64,000 bases of DNA. Source: Heteronotia binoei (lineage: Eukaryota). This document shows positions 13,313 through 26,694 of the stretch, one piece after another (the stretch's first letter is position 1; each line of letters starts with the position of its first letter). Position numbers and translations under genes: made by a program. The stretch is from the NCBI RefSeq assembly GCF_032191835.1, contig NC_083243.1, positions 190,960,001 through 191,024,000 of the forward strand. Reading direction: 5' to 3'. The notes beneath the pieces were generated by a model, which was not told the DNA's origin, searched no databases, and worked only from the letters and a program-made list of their open reading frames with translations.

Positions 13313-13810
13313 CAGTTTGGCAGTGACAGGCAGTGACCGTGCACCTGTCATCAGCAAGGGTCTCTTTCAGGGGGGTGCACCAGGAGAGGAAAATGGGGCT
13401 CTCCTGACCTGCCTGTCTCCATTCCTAGCTGTGATTTGCACCAGCTTCTGGCCCCTTAAAATGCTGGTCGCATAGGCCAGCAATGGGCCTACCTCCAAAC
13501 TATGCCACATGCTGCCCCACCTCCAAACTATGCCACAAGGCCATGCCAAGGCTGAATTGCCACGGACGCAGCTGCACAAGCCGCCAGGTACACTGCTAGA
13601 ACTCTTTTTCCCTCTTACTTGGCTGCCATGTCAACGGTCCCTTAGGGAGCTGGCTAGCAGTGCTGCCCCTGCACCACACTTGGCCGCTGTGGCATAGGCG
13701 TGGTGGTTCAAGATTGTTCTGCCCAGTGGTACAACACCCGAAGACACTATTGGAGGGCGGGATTCGAAACCTGCTCCCTGTCCCTGTTCAGAATGAAGTT
13801 GCCTCATATT

Positions 13811-13858
<48 letters not shown>

Positions 13859-14774
13859 GATTTATACCCCGCCCTTCCCACAAGTGGCTCCCACAAATAT
13901 CTCCACCCTTTTATCTGTAGAACCCTTTCTTGGGTTCCATTTCTTGTACACACGAGAGCGTGATGTACTTCTGGAAAAGAGAAATGAAAGAGACAGGAAG
14001 AGACGACCAAGCAGGTGAGCATGGAAAAGTTTGCAGGGAATACCCACTGTACATAAACAGCCTTTGTAAAGGAACCTTGGTACATAAAAGCCATAGAATG
14101 AGAGTGAGTGTATATAGTGCCCTCTTTCTTTTGTACAACTCCTGAAGGACAACACTCCCCATGACATCCCATGCCACGATATATCAGTCCGAATTAATCC
14201 AGCCTTTTGTTTCAGCGCCTAGGGACAATATTTTATCAATTGGATTAATCAGATACATACATAGGCCAGTAAAAGCATTAATCGCCTTCTGTGTTGCAAT
14301 CAATGACATCGGCTGCTTGCTAAGATGTTGAAGTGCTTTTGGATTACTTAACATTCATGGTCTCTTCCCTGAAAAGACTGCTGCTTCCTTCCGAACTGGT
14401 ATGGTGTGCTGAAGAACTTTTTCTTTTCCCTTTGCTATGTACAATATAAACGGCTTAATACTGCTTGATGAGGGAAAACTCACCCCCTGGATGAATATAC
14501 TATAACGCAGAATGTCAGGAGATTTCTATGTTAGAACAAAGCCCGGTGTTGAAAGCGCCTCAGTGTGGAAAACGAAAATGTTAGAGGGAAGTTTAGGCTA
14601 CCATTTTTCTCTTGATATATCAGCTTTCCATATGCAATGGCATTTTCACATCAGGGAGCATTCAAATATGACACTACAATTTCTCTGATCCACAATCTAA
14701 ATGGTACATTCTGATAGAACCGAACTGATTTTTAGTGTTTGAATCTGCTTCTGTGTTCACAGCCATATACATAT

Positions 14775-15415
14775 GTGATATGGTAGCTAAAAAGGCAAAT
14801 GCAATTTTGGGCTGTATCAACAGAAGTCTAGTGTCCAGATCACGTGAAGTGATGGTATCACTTTACTCTGCTCTGATAAGACCTCACCAGGAGTATTGTG
14901 TTCAGTTTTGGGCAACACACTTTAAGAAGAATACAGACAAGTTGGAACGGGTCCAGAGGAGGGCGATGAAGATAGTGAGGGGTCTGGAGACCAATTCCTA
15001 TGAAGAAAGGTTGAAGGAACTGGGCATGTTTAGCCTGGAGAGGAGGCGGCTGAGAGGTGATATGATCACCATCTTCAAGTACTTGAAGGGCTGTCATCTA
15101 GAGGATGGTGTGGAATTGTTTTCTGTGGCCCCAGAAGGTAGGACCAGAACCAATGGGTTGAAATTAAATCAAAAGAGTTTCTGGCTCAACAGTAAGAAGA
15201 ACATCTTGACCGTCAGAGCGGTTCCTCAGTGGAACATGCTTCCTCAGGAGGTGGTGGGCTCTCCTCCTTTCGCGGTTTTTAAACAGAGGCTAGATGGCCA
15301 TCTGACAGCAATGAGGATCCTGGGAATTTAGGGGGTGGTAATTGTGAATTTCTTGCATTGTGCAGGGAATTGAACTAGATGACCCTGGAGGTCCCTTCCA
15401 ACTCTATGATTCTAT
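14775..15415 (+). mobile_element. CR1 LINE 3' fragment
   Basis: ORF 14735-15331 (KKANAILGCINRS...EYCVQFW...LERVQRRA) plus CR1 3' tail. Confidence 0.92.
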
Positions 15416-17464
15416 TATAGATATTGTTGATTTGGGGCTGCTGATATATATATTTGCAAAAAGGAATTATTGCTCAAACAAAATGCAGTTTATTGAATCT
15501 GGATGGCTAACATCTGTGCAAAGTGTTTCACAATCATGCCTAGTTTTCAGAATTATGTCATCAACATCATCACCAACTTTTCCAAATCTGCTTCCTAAAT
15601 TAGAGCAGCCATTACAATTTATCTTCATCTAATTAACAAAAAAATGAACTGCCAACAAACTGACATCATAGACTATAGTAAAAGACTGATACATTCTCTG
15701 ACTTCAGAGGACATCCAAAATAATTCTTCCCCTTCCTTATTTATCAACTCAGTTTTAAAGAAGTCCAACTCGCTCAGTCTAACACTATAGGCATATATGC
15801 ATATAAACAAACTCATATCCAATTGTATAGATAACCCATTTCTGAATAAAGAATAAACACATCACAACCAAGGAAGCCACAGTCATATTTGTCTCTAATT
15901 ACTTGGTCTTTAGTATAGTCAGAGGATTAATACATCCAGGCTACCACTGACAATATTTTCAGCATTTTAAATCTGTCTTGCATCCTCCAGTCTTATAATT
16001 TGCTCTAAAGTAGCAATTGTAGAAGCTGGATAGGACATTGCAGGAAATGTCAGTTCAGGAACTACCAGTTAGAACATTACTGGAGATACAAGGCTCTCAA
16101 GATCTCTTTGCATCCTGCTTATATCTACAGATAGTGAGAACACTAAAATATATATGAACATATATATTCATAGACTCTTCTGTTCGTTCTGGTAGTTTTC
16201 TTTAATGGCAACAGTATTCCCACACTGGCAAATTTTTCTAAGCTTCGCAATGAAAGATCTGATATCTAATTTTTCTTCCAAGGATCGTGGTCAAAAGCCT
16301 TCTTACAACTTCAGCCCATATCACTGAACCTACATTTCTTGCTAGCTAGCTTTTTGTGAGCTGCTTCCTACATAACAGATCATTCTTGCACTAGAAACAG
16401 TTTTTGTTCTAGTGTTTTTAAATTATTTGGAGAAAGAAGAAATGTGTGCCTAGGATACAACTGCCCTTTTAAAAAGTCATTCAATTCCCATTGTGACAGG
16501 CAAGCTTTCAAACAGACAAATGCCAGATGGAAAATGTGTCCAGGCTTATTAAATATTTGAGGAATATAAAACAATACCTTTAGTTTTAAAACATTCACTT
16601 TAATATTTCCGTACATGAATCATGGCTTCTTTTAATAACAATTTCAATTATAAACTGAAAATGAAAGAGTGCGGAGGAAGAAGAGAAAATATGCTATTCT
16701 AAATGCCAAAACACCTTCAAGTTGTTATTTCTCTGAGAGAGAAAAAAATGCATTATTTTCTGTCTCTATTACAGTTGATTAGGGATGGGCACGAATCAGA
16801 AAATTCTGGTTTGGTTCAGGGTTTGGGGTGTGCCCATGTAGCTACACCTTCTCTTCCCCCACCAGCCAGCTGAGCAGAGAGGGGTTTTTAAAACCCATCT
16901 CTCTGCTCAGTTGTCAGGCAGGGGAAAGAGAGGGGAGGTGCAGCCTCTTGCCGGTGGAGTCTGTGGACAAGGCGGCCACATAGCTGTCCCCTTCCGCCCC
17001 TCTCTTCCCCCCAATGGAGAAATTGTGCTGGAGAAATCCAATGGAGAAATTGTGCTGCCACTGCAGTGCAACTCCAGAGAGGAGATTTAAAGTTTAAAAC
17101 CCCTCTCTGTTCAGCTGGCAGGCAGGGGGAAGAGGGGGGGCATGCGGGAGGAACCCAGTGGTCAACTCCTGACCCAAAGTTACCCCAGGCTCCTGTGCCC
17201 TCCAAAGTGTTATGCCTAGGCCCCTCCTCCCTCAAAGGACTAGTCTGGTACCTTGGAAAAGGTGATGACAGACAACCTTCTTTCTCAACATCTCACAGGG
17301 TCACTCCTCCAGACTTTTACCTGGTCTGCAAATAGAATCAAAATAGGTCCTACAATCACATGGAATCTATGTCTTCAAATATTGCCAAAGGCTTGTCTGG
17401 GAAACTGATCCTAAAGTTGCAAAAGTCTGGCTTTTGGCAGTTCTCTTCCCTCTTTTAAATATAT

Positions 17465-18048
17465 GGCCTTGTTCAGACGCACAGTATAATCACATGTTGC
17501 TGCTGTTTCCTTCCAGATTTAAAGTGGCTGATCAGACAGCAACATCTGCCTCTCGGTATTAATTTGTGGTAGCCCCCCCACTCCAATCCTTCTCGGAACC
17601 GGATTATTTTGTTACCTGCTCCTTTGCGGTGTTTTTTGAGTTCTCCGATTTCACCTCGTAGTTTTCTCTGTCTGGATAGTTCTGCTGCGATATTAACCAA
17701 CTTCCAGATGTCTGAAGGCTGTCCCAGAGCAAAAGAAGCCTCACACATCCGGTTTACGGTCGCAATTTTTTTAACTACTTAGCAATATGCGCATAACCGC
17801 ATAATGTTTTAACCTACGTGCATGCGCATATGCACATAATGTGTGCATGTGCATAATGCACTCGTGCATAATAGTGGAGGAAAAAAATGAACTGCATGGT
17901 GCCGTCGTGTGGATGGCAGAAGATGGTTTCACCGCAGAGTGATTCAAACTGCAGTATGGTAGTCTGATCGATAATATCCGGAACAAAGATATTCGGAACA
18001 GAACCGGGTCAGTTTAACACAGACTCAACTCTCTGTGTGAACAGGGCC
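17465..18048. mobile_element. PIF/Harbinger-type MITE
   Basis: TIR GGCCTTGTTCAGAC / GTGTGAACAGGGCC with 3-bp TSD tat/tat. Confidence 0.7.
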
Positions 18049-19452
18049 TATCAGTGCCAAAGATTAATTTCCAGAAAAGGTAGTACAACTAACCTATTCC
18101 CCCACCTTGCCTGACTTTCCCTTACCTGGTTTATCCTATGTGAGTCTATAGTCAAAACCATTTTAATCCCATAACACCCCTTTGTATTTGTAATAGTTTC
18201 CTTGCTATGTCTATTAGACGTCACCAAACCCATGGGAAAGATATGACGCTCCCCTGGTTCAAATACATTGTTTCATTCACACCATCACAGCATTGTTCTA
18301 GGAACGATCATGCCATAGCTCACGTATCCTTCTTGGGCTCTCTTGTTGTGACTGAGTGACTGCGTGTGTGTGTGCCCACATGCGTGCGTGCATCATCTAA
18401 ATTGCACTCCCAACACAAAATTGGGTACAACTTCTTCTTTGAGTGGAATGCTGGTTCATTCAGCTCACCTTTCTCCTCTCTGTTCTGGAACAGGTAACTA
18501 TAGCCCTGTATAAAATAAGTTCCCTTCTTGCCTATAAAGCTGCCATCTTTATTTTCTAAACTTGTAAGAGTATTTATAGAGTGATTTTTAATTAATGTTT
18601 AGTTTTATTTCTTTTAATTTTCGTTAATAACCATTAAAGCTTGGTTCATTCGAGAGTAAACAAAGGTGGAGAGCCCTCTTGCATAACCTAGGAGTCTCCT
18701 TGCTAACCCCCCACCCAAAACTCAGGAGACCTTCACAACTACTTAGGGTAACAGGGGGTAGAGGGGGACTAGCAAGCTGGAGGTAAGGGGCACTCTTAAT
18801 TATAGAGGGTCAATGCCCCTACTGCCGTGCTGCTGGCTATAGTTCTGGTCTGAAGTACAGTAAAATACTCCTTACCACTAGGCCACATAACAGAGACAAC
18901 CAAGCTAGCTTTGCATTCTGGGGTAGTTTGGTGACTTGTAGGGCATCAGTGACTGATGTTTAGATGCGGCTAATCACATTCAACAACTTACACTAATCCT
19001 GAGGTGTTGTGATAATACATTCCCTCTCATATAAATTCATTCAAAAGTACGTTAACAAATCTGATAAAACTCATTTACTTCAGCAGGATACAATTTCGGA
19101 AGAGGACCAGCAATTTATCCTGTTATATAAAAAGGACAGTGTGTTGGATTCCTGAATGGAACCAAGGTCAGGCAATCTAGCAAAGAAGAGAAACAAATCC
19201 TTCTGTAGAAGTGCACTGAACTTCCTTATACGGGCAAAAAATGTCTGGAACTGTCAAATTAAAATCAATTTTATGTCCTGTAGAAAGGAAAGATGTGTGT
19301 GTTCACCCATGTGTGCGTGTGTGCACATCCCCGCATGCTTTCAGATGCAGGGTACAGGAATCTCACATTTTAAATGCTTGTTACTGAGAACTCAAGCTAA
19401 ATAAAACTTTTGTACTTACATAAGTTTATCATCTCACAGTGAGAAGCATTAT

Positions 19453-19575
19453 TGTGTGTGTGTGTGTGTGTATACACACACACACATACACACATATTGG
19501 CCACTGTGTGACATAGAGTGTTGGACTGGATGGGCCATTGGCCTGATCCAATATGGCTTCTCTTATGTTCTTATC
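19453..19575 (+). repeat. (TG)n-TA-(CA)n self-complementary microsatellite plus CR1-type 3' tail
   Basis: Direct reading; tail 'ggcctgatccaatatggcttctcttatgttctt' also occurs at ~51870. Confidence 0.7.
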
Positions 19576-20769
19576 AAGAAATGTGTGAAAAGAAAAAACT
19601 CTGAAATAATTGCTTTGTTGAAATGAATCTTTTACACCCATTCCAATTAATGGTTTCAAAAAGCATTGATATGAGGGTAGACAAAAGGTGCAGGGTTCTC
19701 TAGTCATGAGAAGCAAATTACTACATTTGTTTTCAGAAACCAGCTTCTGAAACCAGCAAGTCTTTTTCAGCAGCCAGTAGGCAAGTTCCGTTATACACTT
19801 CTGAGGGGCTTATATACAGGGCCATTGCAGCTACTTGACATTAATTTATTTAATTATCATTACATTTATAGGCCCTCAAAGCGGCTACAATAACCAAATA
19901 TAGCTAGACACACAGTGCTAATATAAAAATATGCAATATATTTTAATTATGCACAGGAAATATTAACTCATAATAAAACCTACATATCTATGGTCCTGCA
20001 TATAAGCACCTATCCCTATACACTACAGAGAATCCACTACAGCTTGGCAATAACAAAAGGGAGCTTCACAGCTGCTGTACTCAGTTTCAAAACAGTTTGG
20101 TAAGTTGCAGGATATATATATTTTTTAACCTTTGCCTGTGCTCCCTTGTGTTCCCTTTCATTCAAGGAACTGAAACAGGAGGAACTAAACGACTGTGCAG
20201 CTACAATAGGGCATTTGTGTAAACTCTTATTTATTTATTTATTGAAAAAACCAACTTTGGACACACACCCCTCCCCAAATGTCACAAATGACATCCCCAC
20301 CCCAATTAAGAAAAACTGCAGGCACATAAATCTGAAGTCAAGCTTAAAGGCATGACTGCTTGGATTCTCTGCAGTATCCATACATAATGGACCACAATTT
20401 GGATTAAAACCACTTTTCGTCAGTAATCTTAATCAAATAACCAGCCTGCTCTACATGAGTCAGTTTTCTAGCCTATCAATTCCCTCAGCAATCAGATCCT
20501 TTTTCTCCCTAGAACTGTTGGAGACTTTCTGTTAAGCCTCAGTTCCCTCTCACATACTCACACAAGTGCACAGCATTCTAAAATTCTCTCCCTCCTGAAC
20601 GAGACGTTGCCACAGCTCTGCACATTCACAACTGTGACAGGGGATCGGTACATGACCAAAAAAAGGGCGGGATCACCACTTGTCTGTCAGATCTGCCTAC
20701 AGAGCATGCCTTTCTCTTCCACCACACCGCAGCCCCAAATGACCAGCAAGCTGGGAGGAGCATTTAGGG

Positions 20770-21240
20770 CAGGGGTGTCGAATTCCATTCGTTATGAGGG
20801 CCAGATCTGACATAAATGAGACCTTGTTGGGCCAGGCCACATTGGGCTGGGCCGTGTGTGTACCCAGGCCATGTGTGTACCTATTAAAATTAGATAACAG
20901 AGATTTATCTTTATCAGCTCTGGCTCTTTCCTCCCTCCCCAGGGGACCCAGAGGGGGAGGAGCCTTAGCCAATAGAAGGACGAAAGGCTTGACTCAGTAG
21001 CTCTGCTGTGTGATTGAGAGAGCCTGGCAAAGCTCAACGGAGGCACCTCAGCCAATAAAGAAAATAGAGGTTTTGCTCTGTAGCTCCTGTGTGATTGAGC
21101 AAGCATTGCAAAGCAAGCTTTTATGCAGAAGGAAGCAAGAGAGAGGGAGAAGGAAGCTTCATATGTTCATGTTCAGGTGACAGCTAGTTACTTGGGGGCC
21201 TGATTCAGCTCCCGGTCTGCATGCTTAATGCCCCTTATTT
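20770..21240. mobile_element. hAT-type MITE (CAGGGGTGTC family)
   Basis: Shares 'gttatgagggccagatctgacataaatgagaccttgttgggcc' with the copy at 55781-56555. Confidence 0.7.
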
Positions 21241-22600
21241 AGGGGAACATTTCAGGAGGCAGTAAGAAAAGGGTTTAGAAAGTCACAGTACTTAGGTAAA
21301 AATACCTCTGTCCACAGAAATGCTCCAATGAATCCATGCTGTTCTCTAGAATGAGCAATCAGAACTACCTCAAAACCAAAACATTTGACATTTATCTCAT
21401 AATTTCTTGTTTTTCTCGGGAGCAACAACTAAATTGATTGTGTTAAGGAAGATTGTCTACTTTTTTTTTCTTTACTAGGAAATAAATTCTTCTGTCTTTC
21501 CTTTGGGCAATGCAAAATTCACAAAAGAAAAACATTTTCCATCCATAATATGGAACGTCAAATCTTTTGTACAAAAAGACAGCTAATAGAAGATCACAGG
21601 TCTATGTTTCCCTGGTTCTGTCTCACATGATCAAAATGGGCAGAGGATCTGGGGTGGGTGGATGGCTGTTTCATTTCATTATGCACAACAATCTTCATAG
21701 AGATTAAACATATTTTATTAATACTCAACAGTGAAAACATCAGGATGACCTTAAACAATTGAATATCTTGAAAACAAGGTTATTATAACCAACAAAACCC
21801 CCTTCAGACAGGTTTTCATAAACTCTTTCTATCAAAAGTCTTTACCTGTCCCTTCTGTCTACTAGCAACAACTGCATTTCAAGGAGGATGGTTTCAGTTG
21901 GAGGACATGCCTCTCTTGCCCGGTGGTGTGGCCACAATTTGGCTGCTTCTCAGAGCTAATAAATGTGTCAGGAGATCCAACCACAGAACTTCATGTAGTT
22001 TCACTCTTTGGCCTTGGTTGGTGGCTATATTTTGCTTATCCTCAACATCTGACTGGTTGCCATTCTTTAGGTCAAGCAGAATTTTCTTCCATGTGAAACT
22101 GAACAGAGAAAGAACAGACCTTGTTTTTTGGCATACCATCTGATAATTGCAAGACTTTCAGTAATGATCTACATGTTATATTTGCTCTGTGAAGACAACC
22201 AAAAACAGTGTGCCATGTCTGTAACAGTTACACTGGCTTGCTATCATATAGCAAGTCTCCATAACACTAAAACAAAGTTTTGCTGCAGCAAATTCCCTCC
22301 CTAATTTGTCAAAGGTGTATAGAATTCAGTTACAGTATTATCACCTGCCCTTGGATAAATGAAAGCTGGTTCCCAGGATACAAAGAACAAACAAGAATAA
22401 TTCACACTTTGGTTTTCTGTAACTTCTGGTGTGTGGTTCAGAGATCTCACTTATGGTAAAATACATAAACTGCGGAATTAAACTGCAAAATCTGAAAGTC
22501 CCACAAAGATGAAGGGAAAATATGGATGGAATAGTTCCTCTTAAGTACACACATAAGGAAACTATGGAAGTTACCTGTTATCAGACAGACAGACAATCTT

Positions 22601-23292
22601 GAAGAAGAAGATATTGGATTTATATCCCGCCCTCCACTCCGAAGAGTCTCAGAGCGGCTCACAATCTCCTTTACCTTCCTCCCCCACAACAGACACCCTG
22701 TGAGGTAGAAGATGATATTGGATTTATATCCCGCCCTCCACTCCGAAGAGTCTCAGAGCGGCTCACAATCTCCTTTCCCTTCCTCCCCACAACAGACACC
22801 CTGTGAGGTAGAAGAAGATATTGGATTTATATCCCACCCTCCACTCCGAAGAGTCTCAGAGCGGCTCACAATCTCCTTTACCTTCCTCCCCCACAACAGA
22901 CACCCTGTGAGGTAGAAGAAGATATTGGATTTATATCCCATCCTCCACTCCGAAGAGTCTCAGAGTGGCTCACAATCTCCTTTACCTTCCTCCCCACAAC
23001 AGACACCCTGTGAGGTAGATGAAGATATTGGATTTATATCCCGCCCTCCACTCCGAAGAGTCTCAGAGCAGCTCACAATCTCCTTTACCTTCCTCCCCCA
23101 CAACAGACACCCTGTGAGGTGGGTGGGGCTGGAGAGGGCTCTCACAGCAGCTGCCCTTTCAAGGACAACCTCTGCCAGGGCTCTGGCTGACCCAAGGCCA
23201 TGCTAGCAGGTGCAAGTGGAGGAGTGGGGAATCAAACCCGGTTCTCCCAGATAAAAGTCCGCACACTTAACCACTACACCAAACTGGCTCTC
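22601..23292 (-). mobile_element. Squam3-like SINE with four extra tandem copies of its 3' ~103 bp
   Basis: Units start at 22604, 22708, 22811, 22915 and 23018; the last continues into the full tRNA head. Confidence 0.9.
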
Positions 23293-23874
23293 CAGTGTAC
23301 ACTCTGCGGCAAACCTGAGTTTTCCTTTTGTAATGTGTATAATGGTCTCATTTCTGCATGATGAATATATTCATACAGCCCATGTTTAGGCTAACTATAA
23401 ACTTGTGGTGTTTTTTAAAGCACCCATAGGTTCCACATTAGTGTAACTTTACAAAACAAATTTCACTCTAGCCTTTGGGAAGGAACATTCCTTCAATAAT
23501 CTTATCTTGCTTTAAATATACAACATGTGTTTAGTTTTAAGCATGTGCACCATCTGTACAGAATTGGGATGACAGAAACAAATGTTTCCTCAACATTGTT
23601 CAGCCAATAAACATTGCTTCAAATTTACTTTTTAACTTAGACACACCTGCCCCATCTGTTGTGGTTGCCTAAACAGCTCTCTGCAGTTACATTTCTCCTT
23701 AAAACTATTTTTAAAACAGTATATATCTGCAAATGCAATAGTTTATATATAATACATGTGGGAAGAAATGTTTTTAAATACTCTTTTTTAAAGAAGGTGT
23801 AAGTGTCAGACACAAGAAGACCCCTAATTCCCAGCAACTGATCATATATGAAAAAAGATTTCAATACAGGCACT

Positions 23875-24020
23875 GTGTTTTTTTTTTTTTTTAATTTTAT
23901 TTTTATATCCCGCCCTCCCCGCTAGGCGGGCTCAGGGCGGCTAACAGACACGGGAGTCTCATGATTCACATTAAACAATAATAGACATGGGAGTCCCGTG
24001 ATTCATACGTGTTCAACGTA
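23875..24020 (-). mobile_element. L2 3' end with poly(A) tail
   Basis: T-run followed by 'tatatcccgccctccccgctaggcgggctcagggcggct', as in the other L2 tails. Confidence 0.7.
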
Positions 24021-24333
24021 GGCTTAACTTAAACTAACAGGTCCTAGATGGGGATTGCGGAGATCTGTCTTGTTTTGTAACCATATGGCTGGTGCTATTT
24101 TTCACTATCCTTTCCAGCACGTGACAGGCTAAATTGCTCAAGCTCTTTTATTATGACTGGTGGCAAAGACAAAGCTGGGGCAGAAGGTGACTAGGAGGAC
24201 CTGACTCCTGTACTTTTAATAGTTGCATAGCTAATTTTGACCGATGGGGCTTGTCATGCAGGGTTAACAATTTCATAATTGTGAAATACATAACTATTAA
24301 AAGGCACACGAGATTTGGCCTTCTTACAGTCTA

Positions 24334-24636
24334 AAGGTAGTAAAGGTAGTCCCCTGTGCAAGCACCAATCATTTTCAACTCTGAAGTGACGTTGCTTTCA
24401 CAATGTTTCCACGGCAGACTTTTTACGGGGTGGTTTGTCATTGCCTTCCCCAGTCATCTACACTTCCCACCCAGCAAGCTGGGTACTCATTTTACTGACC
24501 TCGGAAGGATGGAAGGCTGAGTCAACCTGGAGTTGGCTACCTGAACCCAGCTTCCGCTGGAATTGAACTCAGGTCATGAGCAGAGGGCTCCGACTGCAGT
24601 ACTGAAGCTTTACCACTCTATGCCATGGGGCTCTTA
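24334..24636 (-). mobile_element. Sauria SINE (Squam1)
   Basis: ACCTTT-type tail, tRNA-like head, 14-bp TSD cttcttacagtcta at 24320 and 24637. Confidence 0.88.
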
Positions 24637-24959
24637 CTTCTTACAGTCTAGTCACTCAGAAATTATTTTTCAACCATGGCTTCCCTTTTTTGTTTGAATA
24701 TTATTTTTAACGCCATCACAAAGGCTAGTTTGCCTAAAAGGCTTTTTTACCTGCTGTGAAATGTGAAAACATTTGCGTTCCCTTGAAGGCATCTGCCACT
24801 TTATCAAATGCACATTGGATGATGAAAAGGTTTCAGTGGAAATCTAGAAAAAGACATGCTCTGGTTGACAAGATTTGGTTTGGACTAATGCCAGTTTGTA
24901 CATTCAAAAACCTTCATAGGGCTGATGGTTAAGAGTGAGAGTCTCTTACCAGCCTTCAG

Positions 24960-25148
24960 AGGCATAAACCATGCAGCACTTCTTCAGGGGAGGTTTTAGT
25001 GATCCTTGGGCCCCAGCTGAGTCCAATTCCATGGGGAGGGGAGGGGCCTCAGCAGCCATTTTCTTCAGTGGAGCTGATCTCTGCCAGCTAGAGATCAGCT
25101 GTAAAAGCAGGAGATCTCCAGGCCCCACCTGGAGGCTGGCAACCCTAT
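24960..25148. mobile_element. partial hAT-type MITE
   Basis: Ends 'ggagatctccaggccccacctggaggctggcaacccta'. Confidence 0.6.
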
Positions 25149-25647
25149 TTGCGGGTTAAGGGATTCCTTTGGCTGGCTGGCCAGTTGCCTCCTACATGTT
25201 TAGGTCAGGCTGCCAGTAAGGAGCTTCTGCTCTATGCAACTGTGTACTGATTGCCTCCACCCACACACTGCCTGAGTCTCATGTAGCATGGGATACTGAA
25301 GCAGAGAAATAACGAGGTCCGCATTCATCACTGTGTTGAAACGATTTTTACTTTGATATCAAGGCAGAACTTAGCCAGCCATAGGCCCAATATGACTAAG
25401 TTAAAGTTATTTTCATTCAGACCGTTTTCATTCACACCCCAAGACAAGCAGGCAGGACCCAGGCTTATCCAACTCAACATTCCCCACCCCCTTGCTCTCC
25501 TTCTACCTTCTGTCTCCATGCGTTATCAGCTCTTGCAAGAAGCTTCTCTGAAGCCTCTTTGTTATCTACTTTACAACCTTGAATCCACACCCACTGAGAC
25601 TATCCAGCCTCTAACAGACAGTTGCTTCAAACATTGCATCAGACATT

Positions 25648-26399
25648 GATCTTTTTCACACAGCCTAAGTATTCCGGTATGCCAGCTGGTCAGTTACTGA
25701 ACAGTAACGGGTTTCTGCTGGCATTTCAGACAGACCCGATTCAGTAACTGGCTGCTACCGGAATACTCTCACCTTTTCACACAGTCCCACGGCTGTCCCG
25801 GTAGTGAGGCATGCCTGAGTCGTCACTAACAAAGAGCAGCTTCTTCCACTTTTCAACCCCTCCTTCCGGGTTGAAATCGCTATGGGGTGCTGTGTGAAAT
25901 GTCCAGTATCTAACCCGGGAGCAGTTTTCGCACCCTTTTTTGCCCGCCGGCGCGCGCCATCTCCGGCTTTTTTTGGGGGGAACGTCCGGCTAAAATCGCT
26001 ATAGCGACGTATCACAACAGCATCACCATAGGGATGCCTGGACTCCATTAAGATGCCAGATATCGCCGCCGCTGACACCTGGTAACTTATCTCAATAGAG
26101 CCTAGCCATCTCTATGGTGTTGCTGTTGAGATACGTCGCTATAGCGCTATAGTGATCTTTGCCCAACGTTCCAAAAAATAAATAAATAATAAGCTGGAGA
26201 TCGCGAGCCGGCAGGCAAAAACGGCTGGCGCTGGTGGAAGCGAGATAAGAGCGGAACAGTGTGAAATGACTCGCTTCAATCACGGAACCCTATCAGGGAA
26301 AAAAACGTGTCTGAAAACTCCCATCCCTGTCCCGGATTACTGCAAGGCGGCACAATACCGACTCCCTTCCAGCTTCCACTGGTAAGTGTGAAAAGGGCC
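25648..26399. mobile_element. PIF/Harbinger-type MITE, CpG-rich
   Basis: TIR GATCTTTTTCACAC / GTGTGAAAAGGGCC with 3-bp TSD att/att. Confidence 0.65.
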
Positions 26400-26427
26400 A
26401 TTCTCTTTTTGAAGGCATAAGCATGCT

Positions 26428-26694
26428 TTTATTCATTATTATAGGGGTATTCATTAATTATTCAGGGGTCCCCCTTCAACACTACTGGCTGCTGCCTGAC
26501 TCAGCTGTCACCACTGTGACTTCGCAGTGATGAGGGCTTCAGTGAGGCTGGCTGAGTGTGGTCCCCACTGCTTGGGGCCCAGGGCAGCTGCCTCAAATGC
26601 TTTGTGCTTAACATCACCCATGTACGTCTTATTTTGCTTCTTCTTTGAATGTATAGACCGGCTTTGATTACAAATGTAATAAGAACACAAATAC
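26428..26694 (-). other. candidate terminal exon of an unidentified minus-strand transcript
   Basis: Acceptor 'cttctttag|', two open frames (GICVLITFVIKAGLYIQRRSK...* or YLCSYYICNQSR...*), AATAAA at 26428-26433. Confidence 0.3.

Noticed and set aside
13900-14720. Conserved 3'UTR or enhancer-like unique sequence
   Set aside because: It looks repeat-free, but conservation cannot be judged without alignment; no supportable feature
21894-22143. Opposing 81-aa ORFs as a protein-coding gene
   Set aside because: No recognisable motif; the minus-strand exon candidate has a stop before its donor, so it is kept only as a weak noncoding exon candidate
22601-23120. CRISPR-like array
   Set aside because: Units are identical SINE tails with no unique spacers; eukaryotic context, no cas genes
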